This document shows positions 1 to 17,763 of a stretch of 64,000 nt of DNA, piece after piece. Made by a program: the position numbers and the translations under genes. The notes under the pieces are model-generated. The model ran no database searches. It had not been told where the DNA came from and saw only the letters and a program-made list of their open reading frames with translations. The stretch's first letter is position 1. Each line of letters starts with the position of its first letter. This stretch comes from Pristiophorus japonicus (taxonomy: Eukaryota), in the NCBI RefSeq assembly GCF_044704955.1, contig NC_091980.1:130510001-130574000 (forward strand), read 5' to 3'.

Positions 1-1879
1 CCCATGTTAATTCTAAGATCAATTGTATCCCGACCAGTATATGACATTATTCGAATCCAAGGATGGATGTTCACATTTATTCCCCACTCCCAGACCTTTC
101 TCCACCAACTCTGACTTTGTAAGTCTACTTCGATATCATCTTTCAGTACTTTGATTTTAGTTTGCAGTTAGTGGTAGAGCTTTACGGATTGACCCACCCT
201 GAGCCTCAATTCTCGTAATACTTCGGTTAGATGTGGGATCGGGACCTGCTCTGGCTCGTCATAATCCTGCAAATGATCGTGGAGCTGATCGGTTACATCA
301 ATAACTTCAGGCTTCCGGTGCCTAACCTGGGTGATATGCGCTTGCCCGATTGTGACAGGTTGTAGCGGCGCAAAGCAAATGTTCGGCTGTGGTATCGGGC
401 ACTGCAGGTCATTATACCGGTATGAACGCTCTGTGGTAGAGACGCAGTATCTTCCCTTCCCTCTGTAGCCTACCCTCGCGAAGTGCCTGTGTGCGGGCAC
501 TATTTCTAGTACACACCCATCGGTTCGGTTAAACCCGTACTCGTCTAGCTCACCTCGGCCGACCGGGTGAGGGCATACTGCGATCTCCCCCTTTGCTTGC
601 ATTCTGTTAGGGAGATCCCGGTTTCTCCTCATCTCAGTCCCAAATGGCCGACCCCTTACCCTGAGACTGTGACTCCTGGTTCTAGACTCCCCAGTCCGGA
701 GGGGAAACAGCCTCCCAGTATCTAAGCTGAATTATGTATGTCGCATGTCGTTTCGACGAACGGCGGATGTGCTGGTCAGATAGTAACGTATGGAGACATT
801 TTTCCGTATTACTCCGATATTCTCTAGTTGGTACAGGGGGAACGGCCCTGAGTCCGGCGTGGCGATAGGGATCATCAGAACTATCCCTATCCCAGTATTG
901 CTACCCATCTGGCAATCTGGAATTGCTGGGTGTACTCTGGTCAGTCCCTTCAGAGTACAATTATCCTTTGTCCCCATCTGCTTAGTCAACTGAGCTAAAT
1001 GTGAACTGTCTATCCAATCGGGTACTTCCCCGCGTTGGATCTGGTTGAGATTGTGGCGGATCTGTCCCACCATCCACAGACCATAAGCGTGACAGAGTTG
1101 CCCCAGTCTTTGCTTTCCTGTATCTTCTTTTTCTCTATCAATGAGGTGATTGATGGTTTTGGCGTGAGCTTCCAGGACTCAGATGCCATCCAACTGGATT
1201 TTGGCACCCTCCTTTCCTAGGTTGTACATTGTACATTTTCCTTGACTCTTCTGTATAGTATTCTGGCATCTGTATGCCTGAAATATTGATCAGGACAGGC
1301 ACAATTTCATGTTTAACATTATCATACAATAATTCCCCTTTGTTGTACATTACAATCCCATTTTCTGATCCCTTAGTAGTTATGGGACAAGGCAGTTCCT
1401 CGGGCAATGTAATGGTTCTTATGGGGCGCAGTGTCGGAGTGGCTGAGAAGCATACATACAATGATATTGCAGCTGACTCCACCTCCTCGTAGTACCCACA
1501 CAGCCCCACTCTCTTTTTGCAGATGCCTGATTGCTGGGACTGTCCCGGAGGTGTGCAAATTATGCCGAAAGTACATTCATCGGGCCCTTTGATATCCCTC
1601 CGTTTAATGCAGCTGCTCCTTATACCCGTGGAGCACTGTACACATACCCGGTTCTTATTAGGATTCACTTGTAACCATGCATTAAAATAAGTCCTGTCCT
1701 TGCTCCAGTCCTTGGCTGCTGGGATGCACATTCCATCCGTTAAATTAAACGACTCCATAGTTCATGTAGTTTATTTCCTGAGTGCGCTGCAATCTGTTGG
1801 TATCATCCAGTGTTTGCGTGGGTCTTGAGGTTCCCAGTATCACGAGTCCCCAGAGTCGAAGTCACCACTGTGGTCCCAT
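1..1879 (-). pseudogene. Decayed envelope / class I fusion (F-like) glycoprotein gene
   Basis: ATG at 1879 follows a TTTTCAG acceptor and a signal-peptide-like LRLWGLVILG. Then a Cys-rich ORF 1758-1138, a heptad region, VLMIPIATPDSGPFPLYQLENIG, GISLTECKQRG/EIAVCPHP, GFNRTDGCVLEIV, GRYCVST, an HR2-like helix, Trp-rich SQSWWRKVWEWG and TM-like ILVGIQLILELTW at the window edge. Several stops and frameshifts. Confidence 0.75.
622..724 (-). mobile_element. Tail-less internal CR1 LINE fragment interrupting env
   Basis: Reverse complement encodes the CR1 ORF2 C-terminal motif (ESRTRSHSLRVRGRPFGTEMRRN), also seen at 25430-25500. Confidence 0.7.
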
Positions 1880-2001
1880 CTTGAGTGTTTTATCTGAAAA
1901 TTTTAAACCGGTAGCATGGTTGTCACCAGGTGTTAGGTTCTGGTCTACTTGTGTCATTGTCACTCTGGAATCGGAGGTAAGGATTAGGTTAACCATATTC
2001 T

Positions 2002-2154
2002 TTATAGTCGTACCATCTCTATCACTTCATGTCCCTGTCTGGGCTGCTGTCGGTTTTGCGTATGAGCCTGCTGTGCTCGAGCCTGCGCGATGACCCATCT
2101 AAATATTATCCAAACTCCAATCAACACCAATGCTACCATTATTCCTCCAAACAT
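2002..2154 (-). CDS. Putative 50-aa single-pass membrane accessory peptide (MFGGIMVALVLIGVWIIFRWVIAQARAQQAHTQNRQQPRQGHEVIEMVRL)
   Basis: Hand-translated intact small ORF below the ORF-track cutoff. About 20-aa hydrophobic segment then a polar tail, just upstream of env. Confidence 0.35.
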   Translation of the reverse strand: MFGGIMVALVLIGVWIIFRWVIAQARAQQAHTQNRQQPRQGHEVIEMVRL

Positions 2155-4912
2155 CGCTGTCTGCTTTACCGTTGGGTTGGGTTTGTGGACTACACCTACC
2201 CACCGTGGGGTACATTGGCTCTATTGCCATAGGTGATGGTGCTATGGCTGTGCACTGCACTATCCATCTAGTCCTGTTTTTAAAACATCTCTTCCAGCCT
2301 GTTTATCTTAGCTTTTAACTCTTGACCAGCTAGTTCTGTTTTATTTTAATTCTGAATATTCCACCATTTCCTCTGTCAGGTGAGTCTTCTTTATTTTATT
2401 AAGAAATCCAAATTAATAATGTCCAGTATAAAACAGCTGTCAATGGAAAGGGTTAACTGCTTTACAGGTTTGTAAGAAAGCCTGATGTCATTACGTGACT
2501 TCATGTAATCATCCGAAAAAATTTTTTTTTCAAGTCTTTGTGCCTTAAACTTGCTTAGAAATTAGGAATCTGTTAAACAGCATAAATCATTAGTAACGTG
2601 GTCATCATAAAAAATCTTCTCATTGGGAAAGACAGCATTTTAGATTAAACTCCAATTTTTTCTTAACTTCTAATTCAAGTACTTGCCAAATAATTTTTTT
2701 TAAATTGATTTAAGACGAGACCACACATTTTTAATAGCTATTTTGTTTACTGAAATTCATTTTTTTATTTTTTTTATTTCTCTCAGCACAAAATGTAAAC
2801 ATCTGTGCCAGTTCCATTTTCTAAGAATTTAAAATTTCAGTAAGATTCTCTAATTCCCAGTTTTTTTCTTTCTGTGCTGAGTTCGCATAGCTTGGGTCTT
2901 TTCTCCTCGTTCTCTTCAAAACCCTCCTGCTTGTTTAGACTGTTCGGGACTTTTCTTGATAAACACTGTCCATTTTGGAAATCTTTTCAAAGTGCATTGA
3001 AACTTTCTCATAATTTAAAATCTTTATCGATGTAGAGTGTCTTTTACCTCTTCCAGTTTTTTCTTTTTCTAATTAAACCATTATCTTTTTCACAGCAAAC
3101 ATCAACCAGCATTTAGTAAGTTTAGTCTTTTTCCATCACAAACATTTTTTTTTTCAGCACTTATTTAGCACGTTACATCTTTTTTTTTCAGATCTCCTTT
3201 CTTCAAATTTAGGTTTTGTATTCTACACGGAGGGCTCGTGACTCCACAAATTTGTTAATTTAAAATCATTTGTTTACTTTCAAAGTGTCGTCTTTATCTT
3301 TTTCTTTGCTCCATGACTAGAATGGAGTCCAGCAATTAGGTTTCGAGGGCTGCTTTTTGTGATCTCAAAATGCTCCAATTTCAAAGTCGTTAAAATGTCT
3401 CTTCTAAACTGCTAAAGCTTGCTGTTTTCAACATTTTTCAAAAGTCCCTTTTACACCTTCGCAGATAGTTCGCCACTCGCCCAGGAGTTTGACCTGATCC
3501 CTGAAGGTATTTCTATATTGTTTCCAAACCTTTTAATTTTATATCTCATTTTTTCCTTTAAGAGATCAGATTTAATACAATTTTTTTTTTTTTAATCCAC
3601 CTCAGTATTTTGCTGTGCCTTCTCTGAATATCTCAAAATCCTAATGTAAATCTTTATTTAAAACCTTTTTTGAGCTAGAATTTTTTTTTTAAAAGGCATT
3701 CTTTATCTCCTTCCTAGACTAAATTTATGTCTTTCAACCCAATGTAATCAATCATTGCATGTTTTCTTTTGACAAGTAAGTGAGCGTGTCAAATAAATTC
3801 TTTTTTTTAAACCACCGGGACCATGTATTTTTTATCTTTTGCTCAACAAACCTATCCTTTGTACATTTCCTAGCTCTGTAACTTATCATCCAAATAAATC
3901 CACACCTGTGTTTCTAACTTAAAATGTCTTAAAACTTCCCACATACAGGATAACACTACAAAGGGTTTAAAAAAAACTTTCACTCTGTTTAGAAAAGTGG
4001 GTGGAGCTAAAATAAACAGACACTTGCATTCCTCTTCCAACCAGGCTTTTGGAAACATGAAAACATAAAAAAATTCATTCGGCAGTCAAGAAATCACAAG
4101 GACGCAACAACATACATTCACAAGTCTCTCCATTCAACAAGCTTAATTTTTTTTTTTGGCCAGCTCTATTCTTGGATCCATACTTCACTTAAGATTAATA
4201 AAAAAAAAAAAAAAAAACCTGATAGTGATTATTTCTTACATGTTGATTTACTTCCTGTTTGTTTTACGTGGGCTCGCAGTATCAAAACTACAGCCTTTTC
4301 ATTTTTGTCTTTCTTTTCCTTCTCCCACCATTCCGCTGGTCTGCTGGCAGGTCCTGAGGATCCCACCCTACTCGAATCATTTTCTCGATTTTGTTTTTCC
4401 GCCAGGTGGTGGGTAAGGGACCCTTCTGGTCCCCACTCGGTTATTTGTTTTATTGGCCATACCTGGGTAGGACTAGAACCATTAGGAATCTACTCTCGGA
4501 GGTCCGCTTTCTACCTAGCGTAACTTGTAGTAGACCGTCTCCTGGCTACTCTCAGGTCACAAGTTCTGCTGTTGCACAAACTTATTCAATTCTTAAAACG
4601 CGTTTAAGCAATTCCCGCAGTGCTCTACGTATCCTTAACGACTACCTACCACCGCTCTGCCCGTTGGTCAGACCCTGTTCACAGGTTTGGATTCCGTTAG
4701 CTGCTGTACACCGCTTGGTTCTACTCCGGGGTATATTTCAAATTACACTAATGGGTCTGGAAGATGTCTTTCAGTATCATGATCCCACGGTCCAAGTGTG
4801 TTCCCGGCACCTACTTAGTTCCTGGCTGCCACGTGGGACTAAAGTCCTCTTAATTCAGGCTCAGGCTAGGTGTTTGAGATATTGGACTGTCTCCTCATGT
4901 TTATCTTCCAGC

Positions 4913-4929
4913 ATCCACCTTCCGCACCA
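4913..4929 (-). promoter_or_regulatory. Primer-binding site TGGTGCGGAAGGTGGAT (tRNA identity uncertain, loosely Leu-like)
   Basis: TGG (complement of tRNA CCA) lies directly after the LTR end; partial resemblance to the tRNA-Leu PBS TGGTGTCAGAAGTGGGAT. Confidence 0.55.
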
Positions 4930-5560
4930 GTTATAAAATTTTGTTTAAGGTATACACACCCGGTTTCTCCAAGAGCGCCACTGTTAGCGTGAATGTGTTC
5001 TCCCAAGAATCACAACACTGAGTCGGTTCCAACGCCAATGTGGCCTTTATTTTGCATGTTGGGAGGAAGCCTCACGACTGGATCCAGGCATTTCTCTCCG
5101 ACGAATAAAGAAACTCATCGATATTTATATGTTTTACAATAGTGCTTTACAGTTAGCCCACTTTGGCTGGTCACAATCCAATCATAACGATTATAGATTA
5201 CATATAGGTTTCTTTAACCCAATAGAATTCCCCATATACCTCAGGGGCTGTATGTTTGGTTTTGTCAGCTCGGGCTGATTAATGACCTCGTTATGTGAGG
5301 CAGGATCTCTCCTTATCTCTGTTCCTCGTGGCTCGGCTGTGTGAAGTCACTGATTATACCAGTGTACTATAATGGTTTGTTATAATTATCTTGTTTCCAA
5401 GGCATTCCTGGTAGTGGGCCTCACTAGGTCATTGCTCGGTCAGCCCCAGTTCATTACTTGACTAATTGAGTACCCATCATGCCTGGGCAGCCATTTTATG
5501 TGTGGCCACTTTAACCATATGAGTTTGGATATATTCAGCAGGTCCCTAATGCCTACAACA
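4930..5560 (-). repeat. 5' LTR (~630 bp) of the ERV-like element
   Basis: Minus strand starts TGTTGTA and ends TATAAC (imperfect terminal inverted repeat). TATAAA near 5124-5129 precedes AATAAA at 5046-5051, the expected U3-R-U5 order. The PBS follows immediately. Confidence 0.75.
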
Positions 5561-5954
5561 CAGTAAAACTCAGCTAGCTTTTCTCTTTTTTTATATATAC
5601 AATATGAATTCTGCACTGTGACTCGATCTCTAGTTTAGGAAGTTGCTTTGACTGCCAATACTGCCTCTCAATTAGCCTATACAAAATGTATTTGGGTTAA
5701 TAAAGTAGTATTATTAGAGCATGCTACTGGTGACCAGGGTATAAATTTTGTGGCAACTCCTTCACTAATTTCCAGAGCCAAAATGAATATAGGGTGCCAA
5801 GATTAAGATTCCAGTTTTAAGCATGTTCAATCAAAGCTGAATTGGTGATTATGGAGTGATGCAGCACAGGAGGCCATTCAGCCCATTGTGCCTTGCTGAA
5901 TGTTGGGTGGAGCGAAACAACTGTTTCCATAGCCTGCAAATTTTTCTAAATCAC

Positions 5955-7310
5955 GCAAGAGGATGAGACTGGGGAATTAGTAATGGGCAACATAGAGATG
6001 GCAGAAAATCTGAACAAATATCTTGTATCTGTTTTGACAGTAGAGGACAGGAACAACATTCCAATGGTGGATAGTCAAGGGGCTATAGAGGGGAGGTACT
6101 TAATGCAGTAACAATCACCTGATGAGGTAGGACTCACTAAGATAATTGGGCTAAAGGCAGATAAATGGTCCTGAAGGCTTGCATCCTAGGGTCTTGAGAA
6201 GTAGCGGCAGGGATTGTGGATGCATTGGTTGTAATTTACCACAATTCCCTGGATTCTGGGGAGGTCCCAGCAGATTGGAAAGATGCAAATGTAATGCCCC
6301 TATTTTTTTTATTTTGAAAAGTCGGAAACTATAGACCAGTTTGCCTAATATCTGATTGGAAAAATGTTGGCGTCCATTATTAACATAGCAGCAGGGACAT
6401 TTGGAAAAGCAAAATTTGATCAGGTAGAGTCTGCATGGATTTATGAAGGGGAAGTCGTGTTTGATATATTTGCTGGCATTCTTTGAGGATGTAACGAACG
6501 GGTTGATGGTGAACCAGTGGCTGTGGTGTATTTGGACTTCCAGAATGCATTTGACAAGGTGCCACAAAATTACTGCACAAGATGAAAGTTCACAGGCTTT
6601 GGGGGTAATATACTAGCATGGATAGAGGATTGGCTAAAGAACAGAGTCGGGAAAAATGGTTCATTCTTTGGTTGGCAACCAGTATCTAGTAGAGTGCTGC
6701 AGGGATCAGTGCTGGGACCACAACTATTTACAATCTATATATATATATTACACTCTGTCCCTCCATCCAAGTCTGTAACGTAGCCTAGTTTGTTCCTCCC
6801 AACTTTGTCAGTAATGTGTGAGAACACACATCTGCAAAAGGACATAGGCAGGCTAAGTGAGTGGGCAAAAATTTGACTGTTGGAAAGTGAGGTCATGCAC
6901 TTTAGCAGAAAAAAAAATCAGAGCAAATTTTTATTTTAAATGAAGCAAGATTGCAAAGTGCCACAGTACAGCGGAGTGGAGTGGAGTTATTGAAATGTAT
7001 AAGATTGAGGGGGCTTGACTGCGTGGATACAGAGAGGATGTTCCCGCTGATGGGGGAGACTACAACTAGAGGCATGATCTTAGAATAAGGGGCTGCCCAT
7101 ATAGAACTGAGAAAGTTCTTAAGGGTTGTCAATCTGTGGAATTTGCTGAGCTGTGGAAAGCTGAGACATTGAATAAATTTAAGACTGTAATACAGTTTCT
7201 TAAATGCTAAGGGATTATGAGGGGATAAGTCCATGATCAGATCATCCATAATATTAAATGGTGGAACAGGCTCTGAGCTGTGTGATCTACTCCTGTTCAT
7301 ATTTCTCATA
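5955..7310 (+). mobile_element. Degraded CR1 LINE (RT to 3' end) in A-gene intron 1; paralogs ~32815-34205 and ~56975-58380
   Basis: GFMKGKSCL, YLDFQ.AFDKVP and QGSVLGP motifs, plus a CR1 3' region. Confidence 0.85.
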
Positions 7311-7509
7311 AGTTTCCCTATGGCTGGAGCTGAAATTATCCAATGTCTTTACCAGGTTAGTTGAGTAGGTGCTAGTTTCCATAACTATACATTCAAGTTC
7401 AGTGAGACTGAGCCCTTAAAGCAAGAAAAATGAGTTTGACTTCATGTACAGTGCCCATGATGATGGGTGTGCCATGGAATAATCAACTTCTCTTCTGACC
7501 CCTTCGCAG

Positions 7510-13467
<5,958 letters not shown>

Positions 13468-14039
13468 TCAGTACTCGTGTTTATACAATGTGTGTGATAC
13501 TCTGTCCTACATAGAATGGTGGCTTTGTACAGGCTGAGACCTGGGCTCTTGATGTGAAATGTAATCAACTGTAAATAAAATGTTCAATATTGAGCTGGGT
13601 TTTATCTCTTTGCAAGTTACTGGTTGCTTATTTTCCATTTACCATAACTTGCAGCACAAGTATTGCACTCGGTTATGCAACAATCATACATTGGCCTCCT
13701 GTGCTGTAACCACTCAGCCTGTTGAGCCTCTGCTGGCTCTCCAAGAGCACTTCAGCTCGTCCTACTCCCTTGCATTTTCCCTGTAGCCCTGCAATGTTTT
13801 TCCTTCATGGACTTGTTCAATCCTATGATTGAAACTGACTTCACCACCCCCTCGGGCAGTGCAATCCAGATATTATCCACTCACTGCATAAATTTTTATC
13901 CTCATGTCAGCTGTAGTTCTTCTGCCAATTGACTTAAATTTGTGTCTGCTGGTTCTCGTCCCTGCTGCCAGTGCAAACAGTCCTATAATTTTTCACTTTG
14001 CTGGAATAATTTCAATATATTGACATTTATATTCACAAA

Positions 14040-15975
14040 AACATAAATCGGAGCAGTAGTAACCCATTTGGTCATGTGAAGCCTGCACCGCCATTCAATA
14101 TGATCATTACTGATCCTTTACCACCACCATGTTCATGCTTTTACCCCATAGCCCTTGATGCCTATTGTATCAAGATATCTCACATCCTTCTTAAATATAT
14201 TCAGCAATTGGGCTCCACTGCCTTCTGTCGCCAACAGTTCCTCAGCTTCCCCATCCTGAGTGAAAACATTTCTCATCTCAGCGCTAAATTTCCTACCCCG
14301 TATCCTGAGCCTGTGACCTTTTGTTCTCAACTTCCCAGCCAGGAGGTACTTCCTCCCCACATCCAGTCTCCAAACCAGTCCAAATTTTATGATTCATTAA
14401 GATCCCCTTTCACTCTTCTGGTGAATACAGGCCTGGTCAACCCATTCTCTCTTCACACGACAATCTTTCCATCCAAGGAATCAGTCTGGTGGAACTTCGC
14501 TGCGCTCTTTCTTGGTTAAAGAGACCCAAAACTGTGCAAAATACACCAGGTGTCATTTCACCAAGGCTGTGTATAATTGTTGTAAGACATCCTTGCTCCT
14601 GTACAGTGGAAAAAAAATTGTAAATATTACATTTGGTTTCTTCCTCCTCCAAATCTATTTATATACGTGACAAGCTGGGGCCCAAGCACTGATCCCTGTG
14701 GTATCCCACTCGTCACTGCCCACCACCCAGGAAAAGACCTGTTTATTCCGACTCTGTTTTCTATCAATTAACCAATTTTCAATCCATGGCAGTATATTAC
14801 CCCCAATCCCATGTGCTTTAATTTTGCTCACTAACCTCTTGTGGGACTTTATCAAAGGCCTTCTGACAATCCAAATACACTACATCCACTCGTTCTCCCT
14901 TATCTAATCTGTTACATCCTCAAAAAAAACTCCAGTAGGTTTGACAAACACCATTTTCATTTCATAAATCCATATTGACTTTGTCTAATCGTGTTGATAT
15001 TGTCTCAGTGTCCCTTTATCACATTCTACTAATGTTAGGCTAACCGGGCTGCAGTTACCTGTTTCTTTCTCCTCCCTTTTTAAAGAGTGGGGTTATATTT
15101 GCCACACTCCATTCTGCGGCAACAGTACCATAATCTGTAGAATGCATCCACTATTTCCATAGCTACCACTTTTAGTACTCTGGGATGCAGATTATCAGGC
15201 CCTGGGAATTTATCAGATTTCAGTCCCATTAGTTTCTCCAGCACTATTTTCTTACTAATAATCATTCCCTTTAATTTCTCTTGCTCACTCGACCTTTAGT
15301 TCCCTAGCATTTCTGGGATGTTAGTGTTCTCTTCTGTGAAGACAGAACCAAAGTATTAATTGTTCTGCCATTTCCTTGTTCCCCATTATAATTTATCCCA
15401 TTTGTGACTGAAAAGAACCTACATTTGTGTCTCTTTCTTTTTACATACTGGGAGAAACTTTTACAGTCGGTTTATATGATCCTTGCAAGTTTAGTCTCAT
15501 ACACTATTTTCCCCCTCTTAAACAATCTCTTGGTCATTTTTTGCTGGATACTAACTGCTCCCAATCCTCAGGATTGCTACTTGTTCTGGCAACTTTGTAT
15601 GACTCCTCTTTGGATCTAATACTAACCTTAATTTCTTGTGTAAACCATGGTTGGGCTACTTTTCCTTTTGTGTCTTTGCAGAATAAAGGAATGTATAATT
15701 GTTGCAATTTATGCATGCGTTCCTTAAATGTTAGCCATTGACAAACCACTATCATGTCTTTTAATGAATCTTCCCAATCTGTCATAGCGATTCCTCATAC
15801 CTTTGTAGTTTCCTTTGTTTAGATTTAGGACCTAGTTTTGGATTGGACAACTTCACTTTCAGTCTTCATGAAGATTGAAAATCATGTTATGAACATTCGT
15901 CCCTAAAGGATCCCGCACAAAAAGACTATTAATTAACCCCTTCTCATTGTACAATACCCAATCTACGATAGCTAT
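14040..15975 (-). mobile_element. Degraded CR1 LINE; paralogs ~40870-42825 and ~60490-62440
   Basis: KSPGPDNLHPRVLK, KIKAHGIGGNILPWIENWL, and a CR1 3' end. Confidence 0.85.
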
Positions 15976-16013
15976 TCTGACATGTTGAAGACCTAATTTC
16001 ACTTGCATGTATA

Positions 16014-16210
16014 TGTAATGACTCAAAAATCTGGTTACTGTAAACTCACTCAGGTGCAATATCATCCATCTTTATTCCAGTGCCAGTGTGACAAAGACAC
16101 CCAGCTTATATACAGGTGATCAAGCACACATGCCACGTGTATACAGCCCGATGATCTCCGACCGCAGCGCCCTCTGGTGTCTTGTGACTACCAAGCATTA
16201 ATCCATAAGA
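16014..16210 (-). mobile_element. Short solo LTR (paralogs 42864-43068 and 62481-62825)
   Basis: TG start, 5-bp TSD GTATA on both sides in all three units, AATAAA and TATA-like signals on the minus strand. Confidence 0.75.
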
Positions 16211-16548
16211 GTATATCTTGCAAATTCTATTCATGCATTTCAATCGAGCATTGCAATGCTGTAATCCAACAATTGAAAATGATCACGTTTGTTCAGCCAC
16301 ATAAGGCAGTGGGACCACAGGTACATTTTAGTGTCTTAAAGGAGGCAGAGAGGTTTACATAACATTCGTATGCCATTTGGCACCTCGAGCCTGTTCCGCC
16401 AATCAGTAAAATCGTGACTGGTCTGATCTTGGTCTCAACACTTTCCTGCCTGTTCCCCATAACCCTTGACTCCGCTATTGTTAAAAAATCTATCTATCTC
16501 CACCTTAAATGTATTCAATGACCCTGCCTCCACACACGCACACAGACA

Positions 16549-16695
16549 CACAGTACTGAGGGAGTGCCGCACTGTCAGAGGGGCAGGACTGAGGGAGTGC
16601 AGCACTGTTAGAGGGGCAGTACTCACAGGATTCTTCACTGTCGGAGGAGCAGCACTCAGGGATTGCCACACTGTCTGAAGGGCAGTACTGAGGGA
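16549..16695. repeat. 33-bp minisatellite (CAGTACTGAGGGAGTGCCGCACTGTCAGAGGGG); longer copy at ~43421-43665, third copy at ~63166-63310
   Basis: Direct tandem repeats are visible; copy number differs between units. Confidence 0.85.
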
Positions 16696-16924
16696 TTGTT
16701 GTACAGACTCATGTTTGATTCAAGTGGGTCAACTGTGCTCATTGGTGGCATCTCCCCCGAAAGGGTAGTGTCTGTGGTGTGATTGGTGGCTCCGGATCTG
16801 AATCACTGCCGCACTCTCTGCCTCATCGAAAGCAGAGTTTTAATCCAAGGGAACACCTCTCATCAGCTCATCCAGGACTGAAACACTTCTGCACTGAAAT
16901 CAGACGTCACGGCTTTGGATCTCC

Positions 16925-17200
16925 GGGATACACCAGCATGAAAGGTCAATGACCAGAGGGGAGAGATAAGGACGATTATTTTAACGCAGGGAGTTGTTGT
17001 GATCCGGAACGCGCTGCCTGAAAGGGCGGTGGAATCAGATTCAACAGTAACTTTGAAGAGGGAATTGCATATACACTTGACAAAAGTTGCAGGGCTATGG
17101 GGAAGGAGCTGAGGAGTGGGACTAATTGGATCGCTCTTACAAAGTGCCTGCACAGGCACGATGGGTCGAATGGCCTCTTTCTGTGCTGATAGAATCTATG
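16925..17200 (+). mobile_element. CR1 3'-end fragment (paralogs ~43910-44170 and ~63560-63815)
   Basis: TQ.VVVIRNALPERAVE, a GGCACGATGGGCCGAATGGCCTC 3'UTR and a tail remnant. Confidence 0.75.
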
Positions 17201-17231
17201 ATGAGCCAGACAGTTAGAGCATATCTGAGCC

Positions 17232-17283
17232 TCATCATTTCAATCAGATTTAAATATTCATCATTTCAATCAGATTTAAATAT
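17232..17283. repeat. 26-bp tandem duplication, present in all three units
   Basis: TCATCATTTCAATCAGATTTAAATAT x2. Confidence 0.8.
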
Positions 17284-17396
17284 TCTTTCGAGTCACTGAA
17301 AACCGACTGTAAAAGGACTCGTCTAACACATCAAATTGAGGGGCAGGAAAAGACCAGCTGGTCCATCAAGCCTGCCCCAAAACATGCCGGAGCAAA

Positions 17397-17763
17397 TCAT
17401 AGAATCATAGAATGGTTACAGCACAGAGGGAGGCCATTCGGCCTGTCGAGCCCGTGCCGGCTCTCTTCAAGAGCACTTCAGCTAGACCCACTCCCCCGCC
17501 CTTCCCCTGCAACCCTGCTATTAATTTTTCCTTCAGGTACTTATCCAATTCCCTTTTGAAAGCCACGATTGAGTCTACCTCCACCACCCTCTCGGGCATT
17601 GCATTCCAGATCCCAACCACTCGCTGTGTAAACATGTCGCCTTTGGTTCTTTTGCCAGTCACATTAAATCTGTGTCCTCTGGTTCTCGACCCTTCTGCCA
17701 ATGGGAACAGTTCCTGTCTATCGACTCTGTCCAGACACCTCATGATTTTGAATCCCTCTATCA
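17397..17763 (-). mobile_element. CR1 3'-end fragment (paralog ~44366-44731)
   Basis: ORF LFPLAEGSRTRGHRF...FTQRVVGIWNAMPE, with an (ATCATAGA)n tail. Confidence 0.85.

Larger units (their letters stand above)
1..5560 (-). mobile_element. LTR retroelement/ERV-like provirus (3' end outside window) inserted antisense in intron 1 of ferritin A1: LTR, PBS, AT-rich decayed gag-like region, small TM ORF, decayed env; no pol seen
   Basis: Host intron sequence resumes exactly at 5561 (CAGTAAAACTCAG). The paralogous introns at 32440 and 56584 lack the insert. On the minus strand the element begins TGTTGTAG and has TATA and polyA signals, a TGG-PBS and env-like ORFs. Confidence 0.85.

Noticed and set aside
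4391-4936. 181-aa + strand ORF
   Set aside because: Antisense to the proviral leader, non-ATG start, no recognisable motif.
16549-16695. Regular 33-bp repeats as a possible CRISPR array
   Set aside because: Contiguous tandem units with no unique spacers, in a vertebrate context.
16925-17763. Convergent CR1 3' ends as a possible functional inverted repeat
   Set aside because: Two diverged independent insertions, which is common in CR1-rich genomes.
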